In this document: piece by piece, positions 49,690 through 58,674 of the stretch
How the letters are laid out: each line of letters begins with the position of its first letter
Numbering within the stretch: position 1 is the stretch's first letter
Assembly (NCBI GenBank): GCA_963665295.1
Contig: OY762209.1
Coordinates: 3,968,001 to 4,032,000 of the forward strand
Length of the DNA stretch: 64,000 nucleotides
Reading direction: 5' to 3'
DNA from: Syntrophorhabdaceae bacterium
Lineage (GTDB): Bacteria > Desulfobacterota > Syntrophorhabdia > Syntrophorhabdales > Syntrophorhabdaceae
Made by a program: the position numbers and the translations under genes
Notes under the pieces: model-generated
What the model was told of the DNA's origin: nothing
What the model saw: only the letters and a program-made list of their open reading frames with translations
Database searches by the model: none

Positions 49690-51303
49690 TCATACGTTAA
49701 ATAAGGTTTCCGCTTCCCTTACGAAGTCTTGAAGTCCATTTCTCTTCACTTCGCCTCCGTCCCGGAATACAAGTCCTATTTCCTTTCCAAAGAACTCCCT
49801 CAACAATTGCCTGATCTCTTCCTTCTGACTCGGGTCATCCATAATAGAGGCCGTCTGTTTCTCACTGAACACGACAATGCTGTCCCCTTCCATCTTTACC
49901 ACGAGGTCGCTCAGTATACTTCCGATAAGAGGCTTCTTGCCCTTCAGATACTCTACAAATCCGGCCGCATCCAAACTCCGCGGCGCCGGCGCTCTTTCCG
50001 GTTCCTTTTCCCGAACCGTCGCGCGAACAGCCTCCTCTCCGGAGGAACGGTCCATGGGAGGGGCGTACGTGTCTTTTCTTGCCCTCTCCTCACTCTCGTG
50101 AGCCACAGGTCTGATCTCTTCCGCCGCCATCGGCCGGGTATGCGTTTCATGTCTCGCAAGGTTGTCTATGACCTTCTCCACATCCCTGAGTTTGGACAGG
50201 TTGTAAAGATTAATATAGAAAACCTCCAGCGATACTCTCGGGAAAATGCCCTTCAGCAGGTCTTCCGATTTGAGCATGTAGTGGAGCATATTCTGAATCT
50301 CATAATATTCGAGATTTTCGGACAATTCGAGGACCTTCTTCTGCTCTTCCTCGCCGAGGTACAGGAAAGAAGGCATTCCGTCGCACACCTTTATCATCAG
50401 CATGTTTCTGAGAACGGACACAAGCCCTTTATATATCTGATATATGTCGTTGCCGTCGTTCAAAGCCCTCTCGATTGCCTCGAACCCCATCCTCAGATTT
50501 CCGTCCACAATGGATCGCACAATTCCGTACAACAGGTCTTTTTCAACGATCCCGATTATACCGATCACGTCTTTTTCTGCGATATGTTTGCCGCTGAAGG
50601 CAATAATCTGGTCAAGCAGCGATTCGGCATCTCTCAGTCCGCCATCCGCTTCGGCGGCTATATATTGAAAGACCCCGTCGTCGTAGGTTATGTCTTCGTC
50701 TTGGCAGATACGCTTCAATTGCTCGATAATATCGGCCTCAGGAATCCTTCTGAAGTCAAAACGCTGGCATCTCGACATGATCGTATAGGGGATCTTCTGT
50801 GCTTCCGTGGTGGCAAGGATAAAGATACTGTGGCCGGGAGGCTCTTCGAGGGTTTTCAGAAAGGCATTACGGGCCTCGGTAGTGAGCATGTGCGCTTCGT
50901 CAAGTATATACACCTTATACGTACCCTTCATGGGCATATAACGCACGGTCTCGCGAAGCTCTTTTATATCGTCTATGCCTCTTGCCGAGGCAGCGTCGAT
51001 CTCTATGATATCTACGAAGTTACCATTATCTATGGCTATGCAGTTTTCACACGTATCACAGGGCTCTTCCGTCTCCCGGTTCGTGCAGTTTACGGCTTTT
51101 GCAAGTATGCGGGCCAGGGAAGTTTTCCCCACGCCTCTGGGACCCGTAAACAAATAGGCATGCGGTATTCTGTTGAACTTAATCGAATTCCTGAGGGTAG
51201 TGACTATGTGGGGCTGGCCGATCACATCACCGAACTTCCTAGGCCGCCACCTTCGCGCTATAACGGTATAATTCAACGGAGAGGACCTCGCCTCACATTC
51301 CAC
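49690..51303 (-). CDS. dnaX: DNA polymerase III subunit gamma/tau
   Basis: ARRWRP..F..VIGQ, GPRGVGKT, EIDAAS, DEAHML, LKTLEEPP and SRCQRFDF. Confidence 0.96.
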   Translation of the reverse strand: MECEARSSPLNYTVIARRWRPRKFGDVIGQPHIVTTLRNSIKFNRIPHAYLFTGPRGVGKTSLARILAKAVNCTNRETEEPCDTCENCIAIDNGNFVDIIEIDAASARGIDDIKELRETVRYMPMKGTYKVYILDEAHMLTTEARNAFLKTLEEPPGHSIFILATTEAQKIPYTIMSRCQRFDFRRIPEADIIEQLKRICQDEDITYDDGVFQYIAAEADGGLRDAESLLDQIIAFSGKHIAEKDVIGIIGIVEKDLLYGIVRSIVDGNLRMGFEAIERALNDGNDIYQIYKGLVSVLRNMLMIKVCDGMPSFLYLGEEEQKKVLELSENLEYYEIQNMLHYMLKSEDLLKGIFPRVSLEVFYINLYNLSKLRDVEKVIDNLARHETHTRPMAAEEIRPVAHESEERARKDTYAPPMDRSSGEEAVRATVREKEPERAPAPRSLDAAGFVEYLKGKKPLIGSILSDLVVKMEGDSIVVFSEKQTASIMDDPSQKEEIRQLLREFFGKEIGLVFRDGGEVKRNGLQDFVREAETLFNV

Positions 51304-51385
51304 TTCCGGTATTCAGCAAAATCAAGCCGCTTGTTCCTCACTCTTCATGCTCCATCTTTTGCTTTCCGCCCCGTCAATTATAAAA

Positions 51386-51476
51386 CCAGGCTACCTGCGG
51401 CACACGCGATAGTCACTACCGCTGCTTTCTTCCGAACCTGACGGGGTTTGTAACCTCAACGTTGCGCAGGGCCTGG
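51386..51476 (-). ncRNA. ffs: signal recognition particle RNA (4.5S)
   Basis: Domain IV motif TCAGGTTCGGAAGAAAGCAGC within a long hairpin closed by CCAGGC/GCCTGG; directly upstream of dnaX. Confidence 0.9.
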
Positions 51477-51491
51477 CGTTTTACACAATTA

Positions 51492-51585
51492 TGGCGGAGA
51501 GAGAGGGATTTGAACCCTCGGAACGCGTTTTAGCACGTTCACACGATTTCCAGTCGTGCTCCTTCAGCCGCTCGGACATCTCTCC
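51492..51585 (-). tRNA. tRNA-Ser(GGA)
   Basis: GGAGAGA acceptor stem, CACGA-CT GGA AA-TCGTG anticodon arm, long variable arm, GGTTCAAATCC, CCA end. Confidence 0.95.
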
Positions 51586-51710
51586 GATATTTGTTTTATA
51601 TACCACAGATAGCAAAGCGGACACAAGTAAATCACAACGACATTTTTCGCGCTCCTTCCCTTTCGGTTCATATCCGGCCGCCCATGCGCTCTCACGGGCC
51701 CCCTACCGCA

Positions 51711-51756
51711 CCGACAAATTTGTCGGACCCTTCCGGCCCGGCGACATTTCTGTTAC
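51711..51756. promoter_or_regulatory. paired enhancer (bEBP) sites
   Basis: Perfect palindrome CCGACAAATTTGTCGG at 51711-51726 and GCGACATTTCTGTTAC 30 bp downstream. Confidence 0.65.
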
Positions 51757-51866
51757 GCCGACCTCGACCCGCTCACAAAATCCTTTCCCGCGCCGGCCCT
51801 TTCATATTATAATACCCGTTAGTCTGTATGAAGAGTTAACAGGAGCCAATGACGGCCGGGGGGACA

Positions 51867-51882
51867 TGGCATGTATCTTGCT
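51867..51882 (+). promoter_or_regulatory. sigma54 (-24/-12) promoter
   Basis: TGGCATGTATCTTGCT, exact GG-N10-GC spacing. Confidence 0.78.
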
Positions 51883-52157
51883 CTTTACGTACCTTGATAA
51901 AAGATGAATACGGCAAAGCGATGGACCCACGACCTTCATCGCATTAATCTCATGCGGCGGGTGTGCGCACGGACTCCGGGTCTCGACAGCAGCCATTATT
52001 GGGTGAGATCCATTTTCGCCTGCCGAATATATACACGTGCCGGGCGGGGTATCGGGCAAAGTACCGGAGGAACGGGAGAATATCCCGGAAAATTGCACGG
52101 ATTTACCGCCATATGGACAGGATCCGGGCAATAATAAAGTCAAACATAAGGAGAGAA

Positions 52158-54905
52158 ATGATGAAGAGATGGTTGGTGTTGATGATCTTTTTGTTTCCCG
52201 CGTTCATAGCGGCAGTTGTCCCATCCCTTGCTGCAGACGCGCCTCCCACCGTGGTGGGTCGCGTCTACCATGTTGAAGGTGACCTGCTCCGTTACGTACC
52301 TGCGGAGAACGATTGGGTCGCCGTGGTCAAGGATGCGCCTTTTGGGACAGGTGACACCCTTTTTTCAGGCACCCAGGGCATGGCCGAGTTGATTGTCCCC
52401 AACGGTTCCTGGATCAGGACAGGATACAGCACTCAGGTGCAGTTTATTGCCCTTGACACGGAAGTCTCTGAAGCCGACGTCGCTTCAGGGGTATCCAGGT
52501 TCTACAACAAGGGCGCCAAGACGGTCGTAAAAACCACATGCCCTTTTGGCTACGTTCTTGCCTACCCCGGTTCAACATTCGATTTTTACGTGGGTGAAAA
52601 CTCCGTAGAAGTGATCGCAGTCAAGGGGACGGTCAGTTTCGTTCACTCATCCACTCAGGCAAAGTACGACATTTCAGCCGGATCTCCATCGCTTCTCGCC
52701 GATCAGAGTCAGGTATCATCGGGTGAAGGTGTTGTAGACCCTACCTGGGATCAATGGAACCAGTCCCGTGATGGTTTTTGGGCGGCAAAAGCCAGAGTGC
52801 GGGGCCGCTCCGTCGAATATCTCCCTCCCGCTCTTCGCGACGAGGCGTATGTACTTGAAGAAAACGGAAGATGGGAAACCGTGGTCTACGAAGGCAGGGA
52901 GCGCCGTTTCTGGCGACCCACCGTGGTTGACGCGGGATGGGCGCCCTACACCGCGGGACGTTGGACCGACTGGTACGGAGACCAGACATGGGTTCCCGCC
53001 GAGTCTTTCGGATATGTTACCCACCATTACGGTAACTGGGTGCGTGTGGGCCATAACTGGTACTGGGCACCGCCCGTAGTGGCGGTCAGGGCCGGTTTAC
53101 CGCTCCTCGACATAGGGTTTGCGTGGACTCCCGGGAGAGTGGCCTGGATTCACAGCGGATCGAATGTTGGTTGGGTACCTCTTGCGCCGAATGAGCCTTA
53201 CTATAGTCACCGCCACTGGGGAGGACGTCACGACGTGGTAATAAGCAGTTCAAGACCGGTCCATGTCAACGTCCGGAACTATGCCTATGTAAATCAGGCA
53301 GTGGTCGTCAACCAGACCAATTTCTACAACGTGAATAACTACCGCAATGTCCGTGTTACCAATATAAACCAGACAACCATCGTCAATAACTATACCGCTG
53401 CACCCGTTGTCAACAATACCGTCATAAACAACTACACCACAAACAAACAACGCTACAATTTCACTAACGTGGCAGTCAAGGAAAAGCCGCACAACAGCGT
53501 AATAAACCGAATTCAGCAGAACGAAAAAACCATTCATCAGGGTAAGCCTGTGACCGCCGCCGCACTCCAGCAGGAGGTCAAGAAGGTACGTGAGGGCCAG
53601 CCCAATCGTAACGCAAAGATCGAACAGCCCAAGAGTGCAAACTACATTGTACCCGCCAATCAGGTTAACCGCCCGAAATCGGAAATCAAGCTCCCCCAGA
53701 GAGAAATCAAGGGTGGGAGGCCTGGCGGTCAGCCGGGACAACCAGGTCAGGGACCTTCCGGTAAGCCGGGACAGCCTTCTCAGCCGGGACAGCAAGGTCA
53801 GGGACCTTCCGGTAAGCCGGGGCAGCCTGGTCAGCCAGGGCAGCCGGGACAGGGACCTTCCGGTAAGCCTGGTCAACCTGGTCAGATAACATCTCCGAGA
53901 CCCGGACAACCCGGGCAGCAGGGGCAACCTGTACAGCCGGGGCAGATAACATCTCCAAGGCCAGGACAGCCTTCTCAGCCAGGACAACCGGGACAGCAGG
54001 GTCAGATGGGTCAGCCTCAGAGACCGACTCAACCTGGTCAGATAACATCTCCGAGACCCGGACAACCCGGGCAGCAGGGGCAACCTGTACAGCCGGGGCA
54101 GATAACATCTCCAAGGCCAGGACAGCCTTCTCAGCCAGGACAACCGGGACAGCAAGGTCAGATAACATCTCCAAGACCCGGACAGCCTTCTCAGCCAGGA
54201 CAACCGGGACAGCAGGGTCAGATGGGTCAGCCTCAGAGACCGACTCAACCTGGTCAGATAACATCTCCGAGACCCGGACAACCCGGGCAGCAGGGGCAAC
54301 CTGTACAGCCGGGGCAGATAACATCTCCAAGGCCAGGACAGCCTTCTCAACCGGGGCAACCGGGACAGGTTACACCTCAAAGGCCCGGTCAGCCTGGGCA
54401 GGGACTTTCCGGTCAGCCGGGACAACCTTCTCAGCCGGGCCAAATTACACCTCCGAGACCCGGGCAGCAAGGTCAGATGGGTCAGCCCCAGAGACCGACT
54501 CAACCTGGTCAGCAGGGGCAGATGGGTCAGCCTCAGAGACCGACTCAACCTGGTCAGCAGGGGCAGATGGGAAGAACCGAATCTCCACAACCTGCTCCGA
54601 AGCCACAGCAGGTACAGCAGCCGAAACCAGCTCCACAGCCTGCTCCTCATGTTCAGCCTGCGCCACAGCCGAAACCGGCACCTCAACCGGCACCTAAGCC
54701 TCAACCAGCACCTCAACCTGCTCCGAAGCCTCAACCGGCGCCTCAACCGGCACCTAAGCCACAGCCGGCGCCACAGCCGAAACCGGCACCTCAACCTGCT
54801 CCGAAGCCACAGCAGGTACAGCAGCCGAAACCAGCTCCACAGCCTGCTCCGAAGCCTCAGCAGGCTGCGCCGGCAAAGCCGGGCCAACCCGGCCAGCCCC
54901 ACTGA
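52158..54905 (+). CDS. secreted FecR-like domain / Trp-Tyr-rich (DUF6600-like) protein with long Pro/Gln/Gly repeat tail
   Basis: AAGGAG RBS, signal peptide, GDTLFSG..GMAEL FecR-like start, W.P / W.PY..GRW / THHYGNW / VGWVPLAP block, Asn-rich segment, then PGQ and PQPAPK repeats. Confidence 0.8.
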   Translation: MMKRWLVLMIFLFPAFIAAVVPSLAADAPPTVVGRVYHVEGDLLRYVPAENDWVAVVKDAPFGTGDTLFSGTQGMAELIVPNGSWIRTGYSTQVQFIALDTEVSEADVASGVSRFYNKGAKTVVKTTCPFGYVLAYPGSTFDFYVGENSVEVIAVKGTVSFVHSSTQAKYDISAGSPSLLADQSQVSSGEGVVDPTWDQWNQSRDGFWAAKARVRGRSVEYLPPALRDEAYVLEENGRWETVVYEGRERRFWRPTVVDAGWAPYTAGRWTDWYGDQTWVPAESFGYVTHHYGNWVRVGHNWYWAPPVVAVRAGLPLLDIGFAWTPGRVAWIHSGSNVGWVPLAPNEPYYSHRHWGGRHDVVISSSRPVHVNVRNYAYVNQAVVVNQTNFYNVNNYRNVRVTNINQTTIVNNYTAAPVVNNTVINNYTTNKQRYNFTNVAVKEKPHNSVINRIQQNEKTIHQGKPVTAAALQQEVKKVREGQPNRNAKIEQPKSANYIVPANQVNRPKSEIKLPQREIKGGRPGGQPGQPGQGPSGKPGQPSQPGQQGQGPSGKPGQPGQPGQPGQGPSGKPGQPGQITSPRPGQPGQQGQPVQPGQITSPRPGQPSQPGQPGQQGQMGQPQRPTQPGQITSPRPGQPGQQGQPVQPGQITSPRPGQPSQPGQPGQQGQITSPRPGQPSQPGQPGQQGQMGQPQRPTQPGQITSPRPGQPGQQGQPVQPGQITSPRPGQPSQPGQPGQVTPQRPGQPGQGLSGQPGQPSQPGQITPPRPGQQGQMGQPQRPTQPGQQGQMGQPQRPTQPGQQGQMGRTESPQPAPKPQQVQQPKPAPQPAPHVQPAPQPKPAPQPAPKPQPAPQPAPKPQPAPQPAPKPQPAPQPKPAPQPAPKPQQVQQPKPAPQPAPKPQQAAPAKPGQPGQPH
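53720..54900 (+). repeat. intragenic tandem repeats encoding PGQPGQQGQ / QITSPR / PQPAPK units
   Basis: Near-identical blocks of about 100 bp starting at 53874, 54030 and 54246, plus many shorter codon-phased repeats. Confidence 0.9.
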
Positions 54906-55016
54906 CCAGGGGGCGTGACCGGCGTGCTTACCTCTCAACGGACAAAGCAGCCCGGGTTCGAAGAAACGGGCCCACGTGTTGTCGGCGGGGTTGAGGGGAT
55001 ATCGATTTGACAGTAA

Positions 55017-55051
55017 CCCCGGAGAGCAGGATTGACTCCTGCTCTCCGGGG
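55017..55051 (+). terminator. strong stem-loop after the FecR-like gene
   Basis: 15-bp perfect stem CCCCGGAGAGCAGGA / TCCTGCTCTCCGGGG with 5-nt loop. Confidence 0.55.
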
Positions 55052-55146
55052 GACATTTTCCCCTCGGTCCCGGGTATTTTCACATTCCGCCCCCTTTCTC
55101 ATCCGTTCCCCATTAACCGCTCCGTTGTCCGTTCCTGTTCCGATTA

Positions 55147-55175
55147 TTGACACACTCTTCTTTACCCGATATCCT
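55147..55175 (+). promoter_or_regulatory. sigma70 promoter for the SpeE-like membrane gene
   Basis: TTGACA-N17-TATCCT. Confidence 0.6.
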
Positions 55176-55231
55176 TTCCTAAGGTGGGCAGGGCGGGCTT
55201 TCGTCCGTTCCCCAGCCTATGGGGTGGCCGG

Positions 55232-57535
55232 ATGATGAATAAACGGAATATGTATCTCTTTACTTTCACCCTTCTCGCTATCGGTGTGGGAGGGATTATC
55301 GCCCAGACAGTGCTTCTCAGGGAGTTGCTTGTTGTCTTCGCGGGCAACGAGTTCTCTATCGGCATTATCATCGGATTTTGGGTAATCTGGGAGGCTGCGG
55401 GGGCCTATCTCGGTGGCCTCAAAGAGATGCAGTTGAGGACAGGCATAAGGTCGCTGGCCTGCCTTTCCGTTCTTTTTTCCGTATTTCTTCCCATCTCTAT
55501 CTATGGAGCCCGCACATTCAAAGTTCTCGCCGGCATACCCGTCGAGATAGGTGTCGGGCTCATACCCATCCTCTATACATCTTCCCTGGTACTGCTGCCC
55601 GTCGGGCTCATTCACGGATTCCTCTTCACTCTCGCATGTTCAATATGGGACCGGTTGACCGCCGAAGGGACACGATCCAGTGGAAAGGTTTACTTTTACG
55701 AGATGGTCGGCACTATTGCAGGCGGCATAATCGTGAACTTCCTTCTGGTGCCCCATTACCAGTCCTTTCAAATCGCCCTGTTGGTTGCCTGCTTCACCGC
55801 CGGTTCCTGTATCATTCTTCTCGTTTCTTTCTCCCGCCTGACTGAAAGCCCCGCCCTGGCCTTCAGCGCGGCAGTGATAATCTCCTCCGTTATCCTCCTT
55901 GCAGGAGGCGGCGCGGACCGTCTTCACCGCTTAGCCGTTGAGAGGCAATGGCAAGGCCGAAACGTGGTCTACTATGAAAACTCTGTCTATCAGAATATCG
56001 TGGTGACTCAAAGGGATGACCAATATACGTTTTTTTTGGACGCTCTATCCATTCTGACTGTTCCCGTCCCCGACATCGCCTTTGTGGAGGAATTCGTACA
56101 CTTCCCTATGCTTGTCCACCCCTTCCCGAAGAACGTGCTGGTCCTGGGAGGCGGCGCAGGAGGCGTGATAAACGAAATCCTGAAGCATCCATCAGTAAAA
56201 AGGATAGACTACGTGGAGATCGATCCCGCTTTTCTGAAGACGGTCATGCGGTTCTCGACACCCCTCACCACCCGGGAACTGAGCAATCCTCTCGTCCACC
56301 TCCACTTTCTCGATGGGCGAATGTTTCTCAAACGGGCCCTCCGTGGGTATGATGTTATCCTCCTCGGTGTGCAGCCTCCCCACACTCTTCAGCAAAACAG
56401 GTTCTTTACACAGGAATTTTTCGGGGATGTACAGAAAGCTCTTCGCAAGGGCGGTATTCTCGCCCTTACCATGACAGGGTCTCTTACCTACTACAGCACC
56501 GAATTGAAGGATCTCAATTCCTCCATCCTCGCGTCCCTGAAAGGGGTGTTCCCTCATACCTTCGTGGTCCCGGGCGACTCCAATCTCTTCCTTGCCTCAG
56601 GTTCTCCGACGGTTTCCTCAGTCTCTCCCATCCTTCTCTCCGACCGTCTGAAGACGAGAGACATTGCGACCAGTCTCATAAGCGGCACCCACCTCGCTCA
56701 TCGACTTCAACCGGAGAGAAGAGTATGGTTCTCCTCCCTCCTCGAAGGCCGGACAATTCCCGCAAACCATGATTTTTCACCTAAGGCCCTCTTCTACTAC
56801 ATAGCTTACCAGAATCTCCTCTTCTCTCCGTCCATAAGCCGGCTGTTCACCGCAGCAGAGGCAGTCCGGCCCCTCGGGGCAGCCTCATTCCTCGCCCTTC
56901 TGTTCCTTGCCTCTGCTCTGCTCCGCAGAACGTACTCACGTCTACCCGTCGCCTATGCGATCGGCACCACAGGCTTCACCGCCATGATAATGGAACTGGT
57001 TCTTCTATTCAGCTTCCAGGTGTTTTACGGATACATCTTCTATGAAATCGGTCTCCTTCTCACCCTGTTCATGGCCGGAATGGCAACAGGCGGCATCGTT
57101 GCCTCCGCTCCAGCCTTTCGGAAGGTATCGCCTGTGACATTGCTCACCTTCACCGACCTTTTTCTCGCCATCTTCGCCCTCATTCTTTCTCTCATCTTCC
57201 TTTCCTTCGGTTCCGCCTTCTTGTCGGGTTCCCCCTTGTCCTACCCTATCCTTCTTATTCTTCTTTTCGTCTCAGGTTTCCTGCCCGGCGCAGAGTTCCC
57301 CCTGGCCGCAATGGGGTATGCCCGCACCGTGAACGCGACTGAGGCCCGGACAGGAGACACCGTCGGAAGGACCGTCGGATTTCTCTATGGCGTGGATCTG
57401 GTCGGCGGTTGGATAGGAGGGCTGGTGGGAGGGTTTCTCCTCCTTCCCGTATTGGGACTCACTCAAAGCCTTCTTCTCCTTGTGGTTTTGAAGGCAGGCA
57501 GTCTTCTATTGTTGGCGACTTCTCCAAAAAAATAG
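55232..57535 (+). CDS. polytopic membrane protein with central spermidine-synthase-fold (SAM-binding) domain
   Basis: Two TM bundles flanking YQNIVV, EEFVHFPM..HP.PKNVLVLGGGAGG, VEIDP, DGR.F and FFT.EFF. Confidence 0.85.
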   Translation: MMNKRNMYLFTFTLLAIGVGGIIAQTVLLRELLVVFAGNEFSIGIIIGFWVIWEAAGAYLGGLKEMQLRTGIRSLACLSVLFSVFLPISIYGARTFKVLAGIPVEIGVGLIPILYTSSLVLLPVGLIHGFLFTLACSIWDRLTAEGTRSSGKVYFYEMVGTIAGGIIVNFLLVPHYQSFQIALLVACFTAGSCIILLVSFSRLTESPALAFSAAVIISSVILLAGGGADRLHRLAVERQWQGRNVVYYENSVYQNIVVTQRDDQYTFFLDALSILTVPVPDIAFVEEFVHFPMLVHPFPKNVLVLGGGAGGVINEILKHPSVKRIDYVEIDPAFLKTVMRFSTPLTTRELSNPLVHLHFLDGRMFLKRALRGYDVILLGVQPPHTLQQNRFFTQEFFGDVQKALRKGGILALTMTGSLTYYSTELKDLNSSILASLKGVFPHTFVVPGDSNLFLASGSPTVSSVSPILLSDRLKTRDIATSLISGTHLAHRLQPERRVWFSSLLEGRTIPANHDFSPKALFYYIAYQNLLFSPSISRLFTAAEAVRPLGAASFLALLFLASALLRRTYSRLPVAYAIGTTGFTAMIMELVLLFSFQVFYGYIFYEIGLLLTLFMAGMATGGIVASAPAFRKVSPVTLLTFTDLFLAIFALILSLIFLSFGSAFLSGSPLSYPILLILLFVSGFLPGAEFPLAAMGYARTVNATEARTGDTVGRTVGFLYGVDLVGGWIGGLVGGFLLLPVLGLTQSLLLLVVLKAGSLLLLATSPKK

Positions 57536-57541
57536 TATAAT
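57512..57541 (+). promoter_or_regulatory. possible internal sigma70 promoter for amrS
   Basis: TTGGCG-N18-TATAAT overlapping the upstream stop codon. Confidence 0.4.
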
Positions 57542-57561
57542 TCCCCTAAGGCGGCATACAC

Positions 57562-58674
57562 ATGCTGGGTAGAAGAGATTTCATAAAACTGGCGCTCCTC
57601 GCACCCCTGGCCCTGAAGGTCGACGCAAAAGTCTCCCTTCAGAAAGAAACTCCCCCTCTTCATGAAGCCCTTTACTACGAGAAGGTCGACGAAAAGAAAA
57701 AGGTCGTGGGGTGCCTTCTCTGCCCGAGGGCCTGTTCCATCCAGGACGGTGAGACAGGCTTCTGCCGCGCGAGAAAGAATATCCGGGGCAAGCTTTATTC
57801 CCTCGGATACGCCCAACCCTGTGCCATCCATGTCGACCCGGTGGAGAAGAAGCCCTTCTTCAACGTCCTGCCCCGGACCCTGAGCCTCTCTCTTGCCTGC
57901 GCCGGTTGCAATCTGAGGTGTAAGTTCTGCCAGAACTGGCAGATATCTCAAATCTCCCCCATGGAATCGAACAATTACCACCTTTCCCCGGGGAAACTAG
58001 TGGAGGCCGCAAAATCGAGCGGCTGCAAGAGCATTGCTTACACCTATACGGAACCGACCAATTTCTACGAGTATATGCTCGATACCGCGGTGATAGCCCG
58101 TTCACAGGGTATCCTTAACGTGCAGCACTCCAATGGGTATATCAACCCCGCCCCCCTTAAGGAACTATGCAAATACCTGGACGCTGCCAACATCGACCTC
58201 AAGGGGTTCAGTACCGCCTTCTACAACAAGATGTGCGAAGCGGAACTCGAACCCGTCCTTGAAACTATAAAGACCATGAAGAAATCCGGCGTATGGGTCG
58301 AGATCACGAATCTCGTCATCACCGGCCATAATGACGATCCCCGCATGATCAGCGCAATGTGTGAATGGGTAAAGCAGAATGTGGGGGCAGACGTGCCGGT
58401 TCACTTTTCACGGTTTTTCCCCATGTACAAGCTGACAGGAATCCAACCTACCCCTCTTCCGTCGCTGGAGCGGGCCCGCGAATGCGGGTTAAAGGCAGGC
58501 CTTCAGTTCGTCTATATCGGAAACGCACCCGGTAACCCGGGGGAAAACACCTATTGCCCGAAATGCAGGAAGGTTCTCGTCAGAAGATCAGGCTACAACA
58601 TACTCGATCTACATATAAGAAGCGGGAAATGCAGGTACTGTGGGGAAAAGATAGGAGGCCTATGGACGGCATGA
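57562..58674 (+). CDS. amrS: AmmeMemoRadiSAM system radical SAM enzyme with N-terminal Tat signal
   Basis: CLLCPRAC, DPVEKKP, GCNLRCKFCQNWQISQ, AYTYTEP, ANIDLK, HFSRFFP, YIGN and CPKC..CRYC; begins MLGRRDFIK. Confidence 0.92.
   Translation: MLGRRDFIKLALLAPLALKVDAKVSLQKETPPLHEALYYEKVDEKKKVVGCLLCPRACSIQDGETGFCRARKNIRGKLYSLGYAQPCAIHVDPVEKKPFFNVLPRTLSLSLACAGCNLRCKFCQNWQISQISPMESNNYHLSPGKLVEAAKSSGCKSIAYTYTEPTNFYEYMLDTAVIARSQGILNVQHSNGYINPAPLKELCKYLDAANIDLKGFSTAFYNKMCEAELEPVLETIKTMKKSGVWVEITNLVITGHNDDPRMISAMCEWVKQNVGADVPVHFSRFFPMYKLTGIQPTPLPSLERARECGLKAGLQFVYIGNAPGNPGENTYCPKCRKVLVRRSGYNILDLHIRSGKCRYCGEKIGGLWTA

Noticed and set aside
49690..51303. Programmed -1 frameshift in dnaX
   Set aside because: I did not see an A-AAA-AAG heptamer or long A run at the expected position by eye
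49729..51441. 570-aa plus-strand ORF
   Set aside because: Antisense to dnaX and overlapping ffs; no motifs
47881..51585. tRNA-anchored genomic island or prophage
   Set aside because: No integrase or duplicated tRNA 3' end seen; tRNA-Ser-ffs-dnaX-ybaB-recR is a conserved housekeeping order
51491..51907. 138-aa ORF starting MAEREGFEPS
   Set aside because: Typical antisense translation of tRNA-Ser
51893..52157. c-di-GMP-I (GEMM) riboswitch call
   Set aside because: Only scattered GCAAA and GGGTCT words; no GNRA-capped stem in the right place, so it is left as an unassigned leader
53720..54900. Possible CRISPR array
   Set aside because: Repeats are in-frame coding units without unique spacers, and there are no cas genes
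53250..54938. 562-aa minus-strand Arg/Leu-rich ORF
   Set aside because: Antisense shadow of the codon-phased PGQ repeats; no recognisable motif
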